Shown: piece by piece, positions 20,862 through 30,228 of the stretch
Layout of the letters: each line of letters opens with the position of its first letter
Numbering within the stretch: position 1 is the first letter of the stretch
Source of the DNA: Pelagomonas calceolata
Lineage: Eukaryota
NCBI GenBank assembly: GCA_918797485.1
Contig: CAKKNE010000002.1
Location: 2,046,001 to 2,110,000 of the forward strand
Direction of reading: 5' to 3'
DNA length: 64,000 nucleotides
Made by a program: the position numbers and the translations under genes
Notes under the pieces: generated by a model
Databases searched by the model: none
What the model was told of the DNA's origin: nothing
Seen by the model: only the letters and a program-made list of their open reading frames with translations

Positions 20862-20883
20862 CTAGTGTCTTACATGCCGCTAG
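20862..20883. promoter_or_regulatory. Bipartite CTAG upstream element
   Basis: CTAGTGTCTTACATGCCGCTAG, divergent region. Confidence 0.65.
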
Positions 20884-21044
20884 CAGCGCGCTCCGAGGTG
20901 AGTGCCTAACCTGCCTAACCGGTATCATTTCACGACTCCCGAGCTGCGTACGCAGCCCATCTTTAACCGTCATCCAGTCCTGCGACAAATTTGGGCGGTT
21001 TAAAAGCTACCTGAGCTTTGTGCTCTCCCTGGCCTTCAGCTGCG

Positions 21045-21530
21045 ATGATGCACGCGCTGCGACTGCACCCCGGCGACGAGCTAATGGGCTCTCTTAAGCA
21101 GTACTGCTCCGACAACAAATTGGCAGCAGCGTACATTGCCACCTGCGTCGGATCCTTGAAAGCAGCAACGCTACGACTCGCGAACGCGGACCGCGACCGA
21201 CCGAACGAGATAAAGACATACGACCAACGCTTCGAGATCGTCTCGGTGGTCGGTACCATATCATGCGAGGGAGCGCACATCCACTTGGGCCTGGCGGACG
21301 CCACCGGTGCGTCGATCGGCGGCCACCTCATCTCCGCGACCGTGTTTACGACTGCAGAGATCGTGCTCGGAGAGGTGCCTTGCATCACATTTGATCGCCA
21401 GTTCGACGACGCGACTGGCTTCAAGGAACTGGTCGTGGTGCGGCGGCAGGACGTCAATATCCTGCGACCGGCGGTCGCCGGAGCAGCGCTCGTCGCGCTC
21501 GGGATTGTGCTTGGGCGGCGGACGCGCTAG
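21045..21530 (+). CDS. PPC/DUF296-domain protein with C-terminal hydrophobic tail
   Basis: HALRLHPGDEL, TCVGSL..ATLRLA, FEIVSVVGT, HIHLGLAD.TG..IGGHL, VFTTAEIVL, DDATGFKEL. Confidence 0.9.
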   Translation: MMHALRLHPGDELMGSLKQYCSDNKLAAAYIATCVGSLKAATLRLANADRDRPNEIKTYDQRFEIVSVVGTISCEGAHIHLGLADATGASIGGHLISATVFTTAEIVLGEVPCITFDRQFDDATGFKELVVVRRQDVNILRPAVAGAALVALGIVLGRRTR

Positions 21531-21570
21531 TGTCGTATTGTTTTGTGTATATGTTTCACAACAATCAAAA

Positions 21571-22299
21571 TTACAGCCCGTCCGTGAGGGTGAGCCGATA
21601 CGGCGACAGCGAGTGCCTCTCGAGCGTCACAGCGACTTCGGGCGCGTTCGACAGCTGGTAACGGTCGATGCCGCCCTCGGACTGCGTCGGTGCCGTCGGG
21701 TCCTTGGCGCCCGTGACGGACCGCGGGAGGGCCCGCTCCTGCAGGTACTGTATGACAAGCGACAGCAGCGATATACCACCTGTGTGGAAATCAAATGTAC
21801 GGAGGATCCTTCGAAACGTATCAAACGGAGCCACCCGCGCGTGCCGCGCGTCGCGCAGTTCCCGCTCCAGCTCCAGCTCCTTAAATATGAAGCCGCCGAA
21901 GAGCGTGATGAAGAACAGGGCCACGGTCGAAAAGAACAACGTCCGCTGGCGAAATTTCGGAATGAAGGGAGGCTCCGGCGGCGGCGCGAGTGTCGAGCCC
22001 AGCGCGCGCGGCGGCCTTTGTGGGACGCCCTCCGTTCGTGACATGCGCGTGACGGCGTCCTCGATCGCCGCTTGAGCTGACGCGTCGCCGAGCACCGAGC
22101 ACGGCCGTCGCGCGCCGTTCGGCACTTTGTCTTCCCGCGCGCTCGCGGCTTGGAGCAAGCGCAGGCCTTCGGCGCGCCACGCTCGAATGTCGACCTCGAG
22201 CGCGGTTTCCTCGATGATATCTGTGGCTTTCCGTTCGTTCAGAATCGAGTTCGAGCGGACCGCCTCGTCGGCCGCGTCCGCGACGAAGGGCGTAGGCAT
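21571..22299 (-). CDS. Membrane protein with K2P-channel-like helices but no pore loop (uncertain structure)
   Basis: TM segments VALFFITLFGGFIFKELELERE and GGISLLSLVIQYLQE flank an introner-type 3' end at 21780-21794. No TxGYG motif is visible. Confidence 0.4.
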   Translation of the reverse strand: MPTPFVADAADEAVRSNSILNERKATDIIEETALEVDIRAWRAEGLRLLQAASAREDKVPNGARRPCSVLGDASAQAAIEDAVTRMSRTEGVPQRPPRALGSTLAPPPEPPFIPKFRQRTLFFSTVALFFITLFGGFIFKELELERELRDARHARVAPFDTFRRILRTFDFHTGGISLLSLVIQYLQERALPRSVTGAKDPTAPTQSEGGIDRYQLSNAPEVAVTLERHSLSPYRLTLTDGL

Positions 22300-22532
22300 G
22301 ATTCCGCGTACAGTTTTGAGTTTTAAACAATCTGGGCGACGGCGTATATATTGCTGTGGCCGCTTACGGTCACGCGGCGGCCCACCTCTGAGAAACAAAG
22401 CAAACCAAGGTGTAAACTAAATCTGGTGGGCGAATCGATCGCGTTTCGAAGGCGCGCTATGTCAACTGGTTGTCGTTGACAAAATTTGCCCGCAACACGC
22501 GCCAAAAAATCCACAACCGCGAAACCTTCGAC

Positions 22533-22553
22533 CTAGCGGCGTATAGACACTAG
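22533..22553. promoter_or_regulatory. Bipartite CTAG upstream element
   Basis: CTAGCGGCGTATAGACACTAG(CAAGC), divergent region. Confidence 0.65.
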
Positions 22554-22705
22554 CAAGCTGCAGCAGCCCCGAGTCAGCATCGACGTACGCAGCGCATTCG
22601 TGCAATTAGCGGGGTGCAACAGCAGGACACACATTGCAGACATTGCAGAACCACTGCACAGCAGCACGCAGCGCAACAGCAGCGCGACGCGACAGTGCAG
22701 CTGCA

Positions 22706-23527
22706 ATGGCCGTCCGCACACGGCGACAAAGGCAGCAGGAAGAAGAAAAAAAGCAAAAGCGATTGCCCTACGCCGCCGCCGCAGCCATCGCAGCCGTCGT
22801 CGCGGCCCACTACTACAACGCGACCGTCATCCGGTCCGACGACCTCGGCACCGGGACGATGTTCGACCGCATCGCGCCGCACTACGACAAGGCCAACGAT
22901 TTTATGTCTCTAGGGTTGCACCACGGCTGGCGCGAGGCGTTGATTGCTGGGCTGGACATATCATCGAATGACAATGCGTTGGACCTCGCAACCGGGACCG
23001 CGGACGTGGCCATCCTGCAAGGAAAACGCGGCGCGACCGTTCTGGGTGTTGACCCTTCCAAAAACATGTTGGACATCGGCCGCGGAAAAGTTACCGAAGC
23101 GGGGCTCGACGATGTCGTAACGTTGGAGTTGGGCGACGCCACCTCCCTGAACCTCAATTCGTCGATCTACGACAAGATCACGATCAGCTTCGGGATTCGG
23201 AACATCCCCGATATTGATAGTGCCCTGCGCGAGATGCGGCGCGTCTCTAAACAAGGCGCATTGTTGGGCGTCTTGGAATTTGCGCTGCCCGAGTCTGGTT
23301 TGTTGGCGCCCGTCGCGCGCGCCTTCGTTTCCGTGGTTGTGCCCGTGCTCGGCGCGGTCCTGTCGGGCGCCCGGTTCGACGAGTACGCGCATTTGGCGCG
23401 GTCCATCGCGGAGTTTCCCTCGCCTGACAAGTTTCGCGAACGCATCGCGGCCGCGGGCTTCGAGGCGCGGGAACCGCAGTTGTTTGCCTGCGGTGCGGTT
23501 GTCTTGTACGTGGCGACGGCGGTGTAA
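22706..23527 (+). CDS. menG: UbiE/MenG-family quinone C-methyltransferase
   Basis: MFDRIAPHYDKANDFMSLGLHHGWR, LDLATGTADVA, GVDPSKNML, TISFGIRNI, GVLEF, EYAHLARSIAEFP. MenG versus COQ5 is not resolved. Confidence 0.8.
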   Translation: MAVRTRRQRQQEEEKKQKRLPYAAAAAIAAVVAAHYYNATVIRSDDLGTGTMFDRIAPHYDKANDFMSLGLHHGWREALIAGLDISSNDNALDLATGTADVAILQGKRGATVLGVDPSKNMLDIGRGKVTEAGLDDVVTLELGDATSLNLNSSIYDKITISFGIRNIPDIDSALREMRRVSKQGALLGVLEFALPESGLLAPVARAFVSVVVPVLGAVLSGARFDEYAHLARSIAEFPSPDKFRERIAAAGFEAREPQLFACGAVVLYVATAV

Positions 23528-23885
23528 GTTCGATTAGTTTAATCTCTGCTCGATGGCGTCTGCTGAGGAATCCCGAAGCTTCCTCACAGATATCGAGAGG
23601 CCTTGGGAAACGCGGCCGCGCCCTCCGCGCCCCGGCCTTCTGCCACTCATCTCTGCCACTCCTGAGGAGAGCTTTGGGGCAGCCTCTGAGAGGCCAGCGT
23701 CGCACAAAGATCATCCAAACTCTCGTCTACGCAGCGCATGCACGCCCAGCGACGGCAGCCGTGGACTACACATCGGTGAGAGTAGGATTTAGATCATCCT
23801 GCCGAGTCAGGACTGGGGGCAGCCAAGCCGTCGACGCGACGCGTTGCCTCAGAGCGCTTCCCGCGCCCAAGATCACGAGAACACA

Positions 23886-24101
23886 ATGCTGCCGCGGCTC
23901 GCGAAAGCCGCGCTGCGGCGCGCGCCCGCGCGGCGGAGCCTCTACGTCCGGGGCGAGAAGCAGCCCAAAGAGGACCACAAGCTGTTCTACGTCGCGGGCG
24001 CGGTCGGCGTGTCCGTCATGGGGTACTATGGTTGGCAAATTCGCAGGGAGGAACTTAGGCGCGAAGCCGGGGCGGCGGCCGCGGCCAAACGAGCGGAGTA
24101 G
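23886..24101 (+). CDS. Small single-TM protein with mitochondrial-presequence-like N-terminus (71 aa)
   Basis: MLPRLAKAALRRAPARRSL (Arg/Ala-rich, no acidic residues), then LFYVAGAVGVSVMGYYGW TM. Confidence 0.55.
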   Translation: MLPRLAKAALRRAPARRSLYVRGEKQPKEDHKLFYVAGAVGVSVMGYYGWQIRREELRREAGAAAAAKRAE

Positions 24102-24346
24102 AAGGCGCCGGCCGAGGCGGAGGGCGCCGGCTCGCGGCCCTCTTCCCGACGCCGCCCGCTTCCGGGGAGCCATGACCTTCGTTCTTATGTGTGACTAATC
24201 GTCGGCGGCGCTTCGCGGGCGGCGGCGCCTGTGTGCCGTACGGTCACGAGGACCTCATGTCGGCTCCGCGGCTCGGCACTGCGTGGACATCAAACCGCGA
24301 CGGAGCCTCCGTAGCTGCGTCGCCACAACAGTTAATCTAAGCCCAA

Positions 24347-25082
24347 TTAGTCCTGGAGGTAGATGTCCCCCTCGAAGCCCGGGAACGCGACGAAATCGAT
24401 CTCGTAGTACAGGTCCGCGCCGCCGGGGATGCGCGGCTTGCCCGCGGACGCCTTGCGCCCCGCGCTGCCGAAGGCGAGGTTGGCCGGGATCTGCACGGCC
24501 CACTTCTCCTTGTAGCGCATCATGGGCAAGATCTCCTCGATGCCCGCAATCAAACTACCAGTCCCGACGCGGTAGTAGAGGGGCTCGTCCGTTTTTGTGG
24601 TATCATCAAAAACGTTGCCGTCCGTCGTCGCGCCCTTGAAGCGGATCGCAATCAAGTCGCCCTTCACGGGCTGCTTGCCCTTCGGGTTCGACTTCTGGAC
24701 CTCGTAGATCAGTCCCGACTGGGTGCGCTGCGCAGCTTGTGCGGGTGCGGCGAAGGCGAGTAATGCAGCGACGCCGGCGCCCTTGAGGACGTCGCTGCCT
24801 GTGTGAAATCAACCAATGAATTATTGCGGACCTCCATGCCATCGAGCCACCGCAGTTATTACGGGGGCAACGTCGCGTCGATGGCGTATAATCTCCACGC
24901 CATCGAGCAGATGCAGATGCAGTTACAGGGACGACGACGCGTCGATGGCGTGCAGCGTCCGAGATTTGTTTCCACACAGGTCGCATGCGCGTGGCGCAAA
25001 GCGCAGTGCTGTGTGCCTGAGGTGCTGCTGACTGGAAGGCTGCAGCCGTCGAGGCCAAGCAAAAAGCGATCGATGCCCGCAT
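24347..25082 (-). CDS. FKBP-type peptidyl-prolyl isomerase, thylakoid-lumen type (exons 25082-24989, 24798-24347)
   Basis: MRASIAFCLASTAAAF signal with ASAF-like site. Removing the GC-AG intron 24988-24799 gives ATRSDVLKGAGVAALLAFAAPAQA (lumenal signal), then FKBP motifs GNVFDDT, GSLIAGIEE, IPANLAFG.AGRKASAGKPRIP. Confidence 0.85.
24799..24988 (-). mobile_element. Introner-like GC-AG intron with TIRs
   Basis: CTGTGTGAAATC at 24799 and TTTCCACACAG ending 24979; flanks GTCGCTGC / GTCGCATGC (TSD with a 1-nt insertion); four GCCATCGA/TCGATGGC cores. Confidence 0.75.
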
Positions 25083-25186
25083 CGTTGCGGTCACTGCTGC
25101 GGTCACTGCTACGTCCCTAACTGCCCCGTGCGTGCTGGTGTAGCGTCTCACGAGGTTGATGGCACCACCTCTCAGCCCTCGGCTGG

Positions 25187-25208
25187 CTAGTGCCTTACAG
25201 GCCGCTAG
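25187..25208. promoter_or_regulatory. Bipartite CTAG upstream element
   Basis: CTAGTGCCTTACAGGCCGCTAG between divergent FKBP and eIF6. Confidence 0.65.
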
Positions 25209-25455
25209 CTGTGCTCAGTAAGTACAGAAAGAGGCGTCTTGGACCCCGAATAAGCCTACGAGCCGACGCGTCTAGTAGGAGCGCTCTCGACAAGCAAACA
25301 GGAGAGGCAAAGCGCGATAACACTGCGTGCCGGCGGCTACAGTGCTCCATCCACGCACAGCGCTCGGCCACACTCGCACAGCTCGCGTATAAAGCGACGC
25401 ACACAAAAGAAACGACGAGCAACCGCGCGCATTCCGAGAGACAGGCAGGGCAACC

Positions 25456-26202
25456 ATGTGCACCCGCCTGCAGTTCGAGGGCTCCAACGAGATCGGAGTT
25501 GTAAGTATGCTGACGAACGGCTACGCGCTGGCGTGCCAGGGCAACAGCGAGAACTTCTACAGCGTCCTAGAGAGCGAGTTAGGAGACCATATTCCCGTCG
25601 TCCACGCGTCGATTGCGGGGTGTCGGTTCGTCGGGAGGGTCACGGTGGGCAACCGACGAGGTCTGCTGGTGCCGAACATGTGCGGCGACCAGGAGCTGCA
25701 GCACCTTCGTAATGCATTACCTGATAGCGTCGTGGTGCAGCGCGTCGACGAGCGGTTGTCAGCACTGGGCAACTGCATCGCATGCAATGATCACGTCGCT
25801 TTAGTACATACGGATCTCGACCGAGAAACGGAGGAGATCGTCGCCGACGTGTTGGGGGTGGAAGTCTTTCGACAGACGATCGCGGGAAATGCCTTAGTAG
25901 GAAGCTATTGTCGGTTCACGAACCAGGGCGGCGTCGTCCATCCGCGGACGTCTGTGGATGATTTGGAGGAACTCGCTTCACTACTCCAGGTGCCCCTCAT
26001 CGCGGGGACCGTGAACCGCGGGTCGGATGTCCTAGGCGCCGGCCTCATCGCGAACGACTGGGCGGCCTTCTGCGGCGCGGATACGACCTCTACCGAAATC
26101 AACGTCATCGAGAACGTCCTCAAGCTCCACGACGACGACAGCGACGACGGCGCGCCGAAGGCGGCGCGGATGCGGGACGCGCTCATCGACACGATTGTGT
26201 AA
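25456..26202 (+). CDS. EIF6: Eukaryotic translation initiation factor 6
   Basis: [66 protein letters not shown]. Confidence 0.98.
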   Translation: MCTRLQFEGSNEIGVVSMLTNGYALACQGNSENFYSVLESELGDHIPVVHASIAGCRFVGRVTVGNRRGLLVPNMCGDQELQHLRNALPDSVVVQRVDERLSALGNCIACNDHVALVHTDLDRETEEIVADVLGVEVFRQTIAGNALVGSYCRFTNQGGVVHPRTSVDDLEELASLLQVPLIAGTVNRGSDVLGAGLIANDWAAFCGADTTSTEINVIENVLKLHDDDSDDGAPKAARMRDALIDTIV

Positions 26203-26257
26203 GTTCGTACAACAAACAACAGTGTTATTGTGGTCGCGTCGATGGCGTTCGAGCGCT

Positions 26258-27310
26258 CTACCGCACGTCGATGACGCCCTCCGCGACGAGCTGGCGGACG
26301 ATGAATCCGGAGATAAAAGTCGGCTTGGGGTCCTCGGCGGCGTCCACCGCGAGGTCTCGGAGGGAGACCCACTCCCTTTCAACTTCCTTCGTGCCGAAGA
26401 GGTCCAGCGCGGGCGGGATGTCGTCAAGAAGACCAGTCGCGTCCAGCGTCAAATAGACACCGTGTATCGTATTGGAGACATTTGGCGTGCTGATGTGCGT
26501 GTAGATTCGTCCGTGCTGGTCGACGTGGGGATCGCGACCGCTCTGCCTCATGCGCTCGGCTCGGGTGTCCATCTCCTCCCGTAGTACTTCGGGCGTCGCG
26601 GTGGGCGCCGGCATCGGCGACGGCATCTGCGGAAACATCGTGTAGATGCGCACGGACTTAGCGAGGTCGGCGGCATTTCGTGTCGCTTTCTGTGCAAAGG
26701 CGCCGCTCATGCGCAGCGTGCCTTGGATCGCCGCGAGGGAGTTGGGCTTGTCGAGGACGCTCCGCACCACCGCCAATGTAGACTCCTCCCAGGCGTCGCT
26801 TCCCGCCCGCGCGGCGAGGTGCTCTATCAAACCATCTCGGATTTCGCCGGCGAACGCCTCCAGCTCGGGATCTTCGCCGGCGAACGCGTCCTCGCGGATG
26901 TCAATCTTGTCATAGGACCAGTCGACGTCTCCCTCAAATTCGGGGAAGTTGCTCGCGGCGAAACTCATTCCGTTCTTGACGTAGCCGACCGGCGCCTCCT
27001 GCGACGACAGGATCCACCGCGTAGCCGGCGCGCCCGTGCCCACGCCATACTTACTCGTGCCGTTGGCCGAGCGCCGTACCAAGACTTCTGCCGTGCCATC
27101 GCGTATGCGTCGGTAGACTATCACGAAGAACTCGACGGGCCACAGCGCTTGGTTATGTTCGTACTGCTTGACGTAGTCATTATCCGGGATCGGTGCGAAG
27201 CCAGCACGGTCCTTTGTGAGGTCCTGTGGCGCCCAAGCATGCGTCGTTGGCGCTTTTAGAGACAAGGCATTTGGGAGAGCCAGGGCAAGGAGCACCTGCA
27301 GCAGTGCCAT
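26258..27310 (-). CDS. Hypothetical protein with signal peptide (possibly plastid)
   Basis: MALLQVLLALALPNALSL N-terminus; about 350-aa ORF with protein-like composition. Confidence 0.6.
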   Translation of the reverse strand: MALLQVLLALALPNALSLKAPTTHAWAPQDLTKDRAGFAPIPDNDYVKQYEHNQALWPVEFFVIVYRRIRDGTAEVLVRRSANGTSKYGVGTGAPATRWILSSQEAPVGYVKNGMSFAASNFPEFEGDVDWSYDKIDIREDAFAGEDPELEAFAGEIRDGLIEHLAARAGSDAWEESTLAVVRSVLDKPNSLAAIQGTLRMSGAFAQKATRNAADLAKSVRIYTMFPQMPSPMPAPTATPEVLREEMDTRAERMRQSGRDPHVDQHGRIYTHISTPNVSNTIHGVYLTLDATGLLDDIPPALDLFGTKEVEREWVSLRDLAVDAAEDPKPTFISGFIVRQLVAEGVIDVR

Positions 27311-27424
27311 GACGCGCAAAAGCTATCAAAGCTCGTGCAGTCAGACTGGGCGTATCAGATTAACTTATGCGCTTGCCCAGAAGCAGCGCGTATCAATTTT
27401 GCGAGGGGTGCGGCGTCTGCGAAG

Positions 27425-27446
27425 CTAGCGGGCTGTAACACACTAG
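27425..27446. promoter_or_regulatory. Bipartite CTAG upstream element
   Basis: CTAGCGGGCTGTAACACACTAG(CAAGC), divergent region. Confidence 0.65.
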
Positions 27447-27499
27447 CAAGCCGACTAAAAACCACCTCACGCACTCTATTATCGCAACAAATTGGCAAA

Positions 27500-28018
27500 A
27501 TGCGAGGCCTATTAGTCGCATCGATGCTCCTCACTAGTGAAGCGCTCGCCCCGCGAGCGGCAAGCCTGCGTGCAGCGAGCGCAATGCGATCAGCCAGCGT
27601 TGACGTGGCTGACCTGAAAGTCTCGATGGACGACCTGGATAAGCCGTTAGAGGAGTTGACTGTCGACACCCGCGGCGTGGACCACACCTCGCGAACCGGC
27701 ATCCAGGATGACGGTTGCGCGTGGACCGAGCGCGCCGACAGCGTTGAGGCGGTGCTGCGGATACCGGGTCTGCGCGGCCAGCCGTCGGGATCGCTCTCGG
27801 TCGACGTCACGCCGACGTCGTGCACCGTTTCGTCCTTTGGCATGGCGGTGTGGTCGTGCCTGCTCAAGGGCCGCGCGAACCCCGAGTCCGTCGCGGTGGA
27901 CGTCTCCGACGGCGCGGACGCGGTGCCGACCATCGAGCTCCGAATAGGCAAGGCGGAAGGCACGTCCGGTAGGTGGGGCGGCTTCATCGAGAGCATCGGC
28001 GAGGACAGCATCCTTTGA
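27500..28018 (+). CDS. CS/p23-domain protein, plastid-targeted
   Basis: MRGLLVASMLLTSEALAP bipartite signal; CAWTERADSVEAVLRIP...LSVDVT..SCTV...LKGRANPE CS-like domain. Confidence 0.65.
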   Translation: MRGLLVASMLLTSEALAPRAASLRAASAMRSASVDVADLKVSMDDLDKPLEELTVDTRGVDHTSRTGIQDDGCAWTERADSVEAVLRIPGLRGQPSGSLSVDVTPTSCTVSSFGMAVWSCLLKGRANPESVAVDVSDGADAVPTIELRIGKAEGTSGRWGGFIESIGEDSIL

Positions 28019-28137
28019 GCATCTCGGCCGGGCGCTGAATTAATATTTGTGTTAACTAATGTACCGAACAGGTCAGTTCGGCAAAAGACCAATCTAATGA
28101 AATACCGAATGGGCTCGCGGCTTCCAGTTCGCTTTAG

Positions 28138-28155
28138 CTAGCGGTAAGACACTAG
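28138..28155. promoter_or_regulatory. Bipartite CTAG upstream element (short spacer)
   Basis: CTAGCGGTAAGACACTAG(CAAGC) upstream of the oxidoreductase. Confidence 0.65.
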
Positions 28156-28314
28156 CAAGCCATGGCTGCCTTGTCAGCCTCAAAAAAAGCTGTCATAAAC
28201 GGTGTGCTTGCAGGCGTGCGCAGCGCCAGCAGTCGTCCGCGACAGCATTCGTTCGCTGCAAGCTTGGCGAGACAAATAACTGCGTTTTGCGCCTGTGCGG
28301 CACCCCTCACAACA

Positions 28315-29976
28315 ATGCACACTCATCTCATCATCATTGCATCGATCGCACCCGTCATCAACGCACTGCAAACGCCACCTCGCAAGAAAGTAGTAGTCGT
28401 CGGTGCCGGCTGGGCAGGACTCTCGACCGCCTGGACGCTGAGCAAAAACAACGTCGACGTTACCCTCGTCGACGCGGCCGCGCGGCCGGGTGGAGTGGTA
28501 AGAGACGGTTTCAAAACGCGGGGCGGCCGGCCGGCGGAGGCGGGCCAGCACGGCTTCTGGGAAGAATATTTCAACATCTACAAACTGCTGGACGAACTTA
28601 AGCTCGAGGAGGACCCATTGACGGGGTATGCCGAGCAGGGCCAGTACTCGCCCCAGGGCCTGGTCGCGAACAGTGCAATCACCACACCTTCACGCCATCG
28701 AGCAGACCCGTCGATGGCGTGTGGCTGACGCGGTCGATCATTCACGCAGGAGGCCATCTGGCCCGTCTACCGGGACAAGCAGAACTTGCCGACAGGCCTA
28801 GCGCAAGCACGGTACACGCGCTTCCTCAAGCTCTCTCCTTTGGATTTGGCGACGGCGGCGCCGCTCGTCGCCGCCTTCTCGGAGTTTCTGTCGGACGATG
28901 GCGCGTGGAGGCGCTACGACGAGCTCTCGTTTAGAGACCTGTGCACGAAGCTGGGCGTGTCGCGGAAGCTGTACCGGGAAGCGTTCGAGCCCATGATTTT
29001 GACGGGCTTGTTCGCGCCAGGCGAGCAGTGCTCGGCGGCCGCGGCGTTAGGTATGGCCTACTTCTTCGTGCTCAAGTCGCAGACGGCATTCGACGTGCGG
29101 TGGTGTAGAGGTAACATCGGGGATTTGATCTTCGCTCCCTGGTGTGATCAGTTAAGGGAGCGCGGCGTCACGCTGCAATTTGACACGAGGATTGAAGGTG
29201 TAGAGCTTGACGGCGACACGGTGACTGCCGTCAAAGCAGCGGGTGAGACCATCCCCTGCGACGACATCGTCTTCGCGGTGGGGATGCGTGCTCTCAAAGG
29301 CCTGGCCAAGTCCCCGGCGCTCGCGTCGCGCGACGAGTTTCGCAGATTCGGCAACTTGAGGGGCACGGACGTCCTTGCGACCCGTCTTTTCTTCGACCGC
29401 GACGTCGAGACGCCGTACAGCGCCAACGCCTGCTGGGGCTTCGACGACAAGGTGGGACAGACGTGGTTTGATCTGAAGAAGCTCCACGCGCCGCGGCTGG
29501 ATGACGAGCCCGGAGCGGTGGTGGAAGTTGACTATTATCACGCCGGTTCTCTCCTCGGCCTCTCGGACGCGGAACTCGAGGCCAAAGCAAGGCGGGACCT
29601 CGAGACGATGGTGCCCGCGTTTAAGAGCGCGGAACTCGTCGACGCGGCCGTTGTTCGCCTACCGGAGGCGGTCAATTGGTACTTCCCCGGCAGTTACCAA
29701 TCCTGCCCTACGACTGAATCCGAGTCGCTCCGGAACGCGTACTTCGCGGGCGACGTGGTCAGGGACCTGGGCCACGGGTCGTGGTCGCAGGAGAAGGCCT
29801 ACGTCTCCGGCGTCGCGGCGGCGAACCGCGTCCTGGGCCGTTCGGCGCTCGACGGTGTCGAGTCGTTGCGGCCGGATGAACCGCACGTCGCGGCCGGCGC
29901 GGCGGCGGCGAAAGCGCTTCGGCGGGTCTTCTCGTTCGGGGGTGACGGTCCGAGTCTTGCGTCCGTGCCGTGGTGA
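28315..29976 (+). CDS. FAD-dependent amine-oxidase/carotenoid-desaturase-like oxidoreductase, plastid-targeted (exons 28315-28662, 28750-29976)
   Basis: VVVVGAGWAGL, EAGQHGFW. The 87-nt GT-AG intron 28663-28749 gives YSPQGL|EAIWPVY; AYFAGD, SWSQEKAYVSG. Confidence 0.85.
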
Positions 29977-30228
29977 GTAAATGTGAGATGTGAACTTTCT
30001 AGAGGGCCAACCTAGCGCTCACTAGGTGCCAAGCACTGCCCCAAGGAGAGCGGCCGCCTAGCACGTTGCGGATCGCTCGCGAGCTGCAGATTGCAGCTTG
30101 GTTCTCCTCCACTTCGGTGAGCAGCAGACCAGACGCGCGCCGGCACGAGACGCGGCGCGTTGCTCCAAATTCCATACATTGACCCAGAGCAGTTTCATTG
30201 ACTTAGCGGCGCGAATCGGCACGAAGCG

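Noticed and set aside
23600..23640. GCCGGGCGCGG on the minus strand resembling the 7SL/Alu 5' end
   Set aside because: An 11-nt GC-only match is expected by chance here, and no SRP helix-8 motif follows at a suitable distance.
23553..23792. 79-aa ORF MASAEESRSF...
   Set aside because: The ATG lies within the introner core motif, and the translation has no recognisable features.
14310..30000. Selenoprotein genes or SECIS elements near SBP2
   Set aside because: The in-frame TGAs I examined (e.g. 28726, 20308) fall inside introns, and I saw no convincing SECIS by eye.
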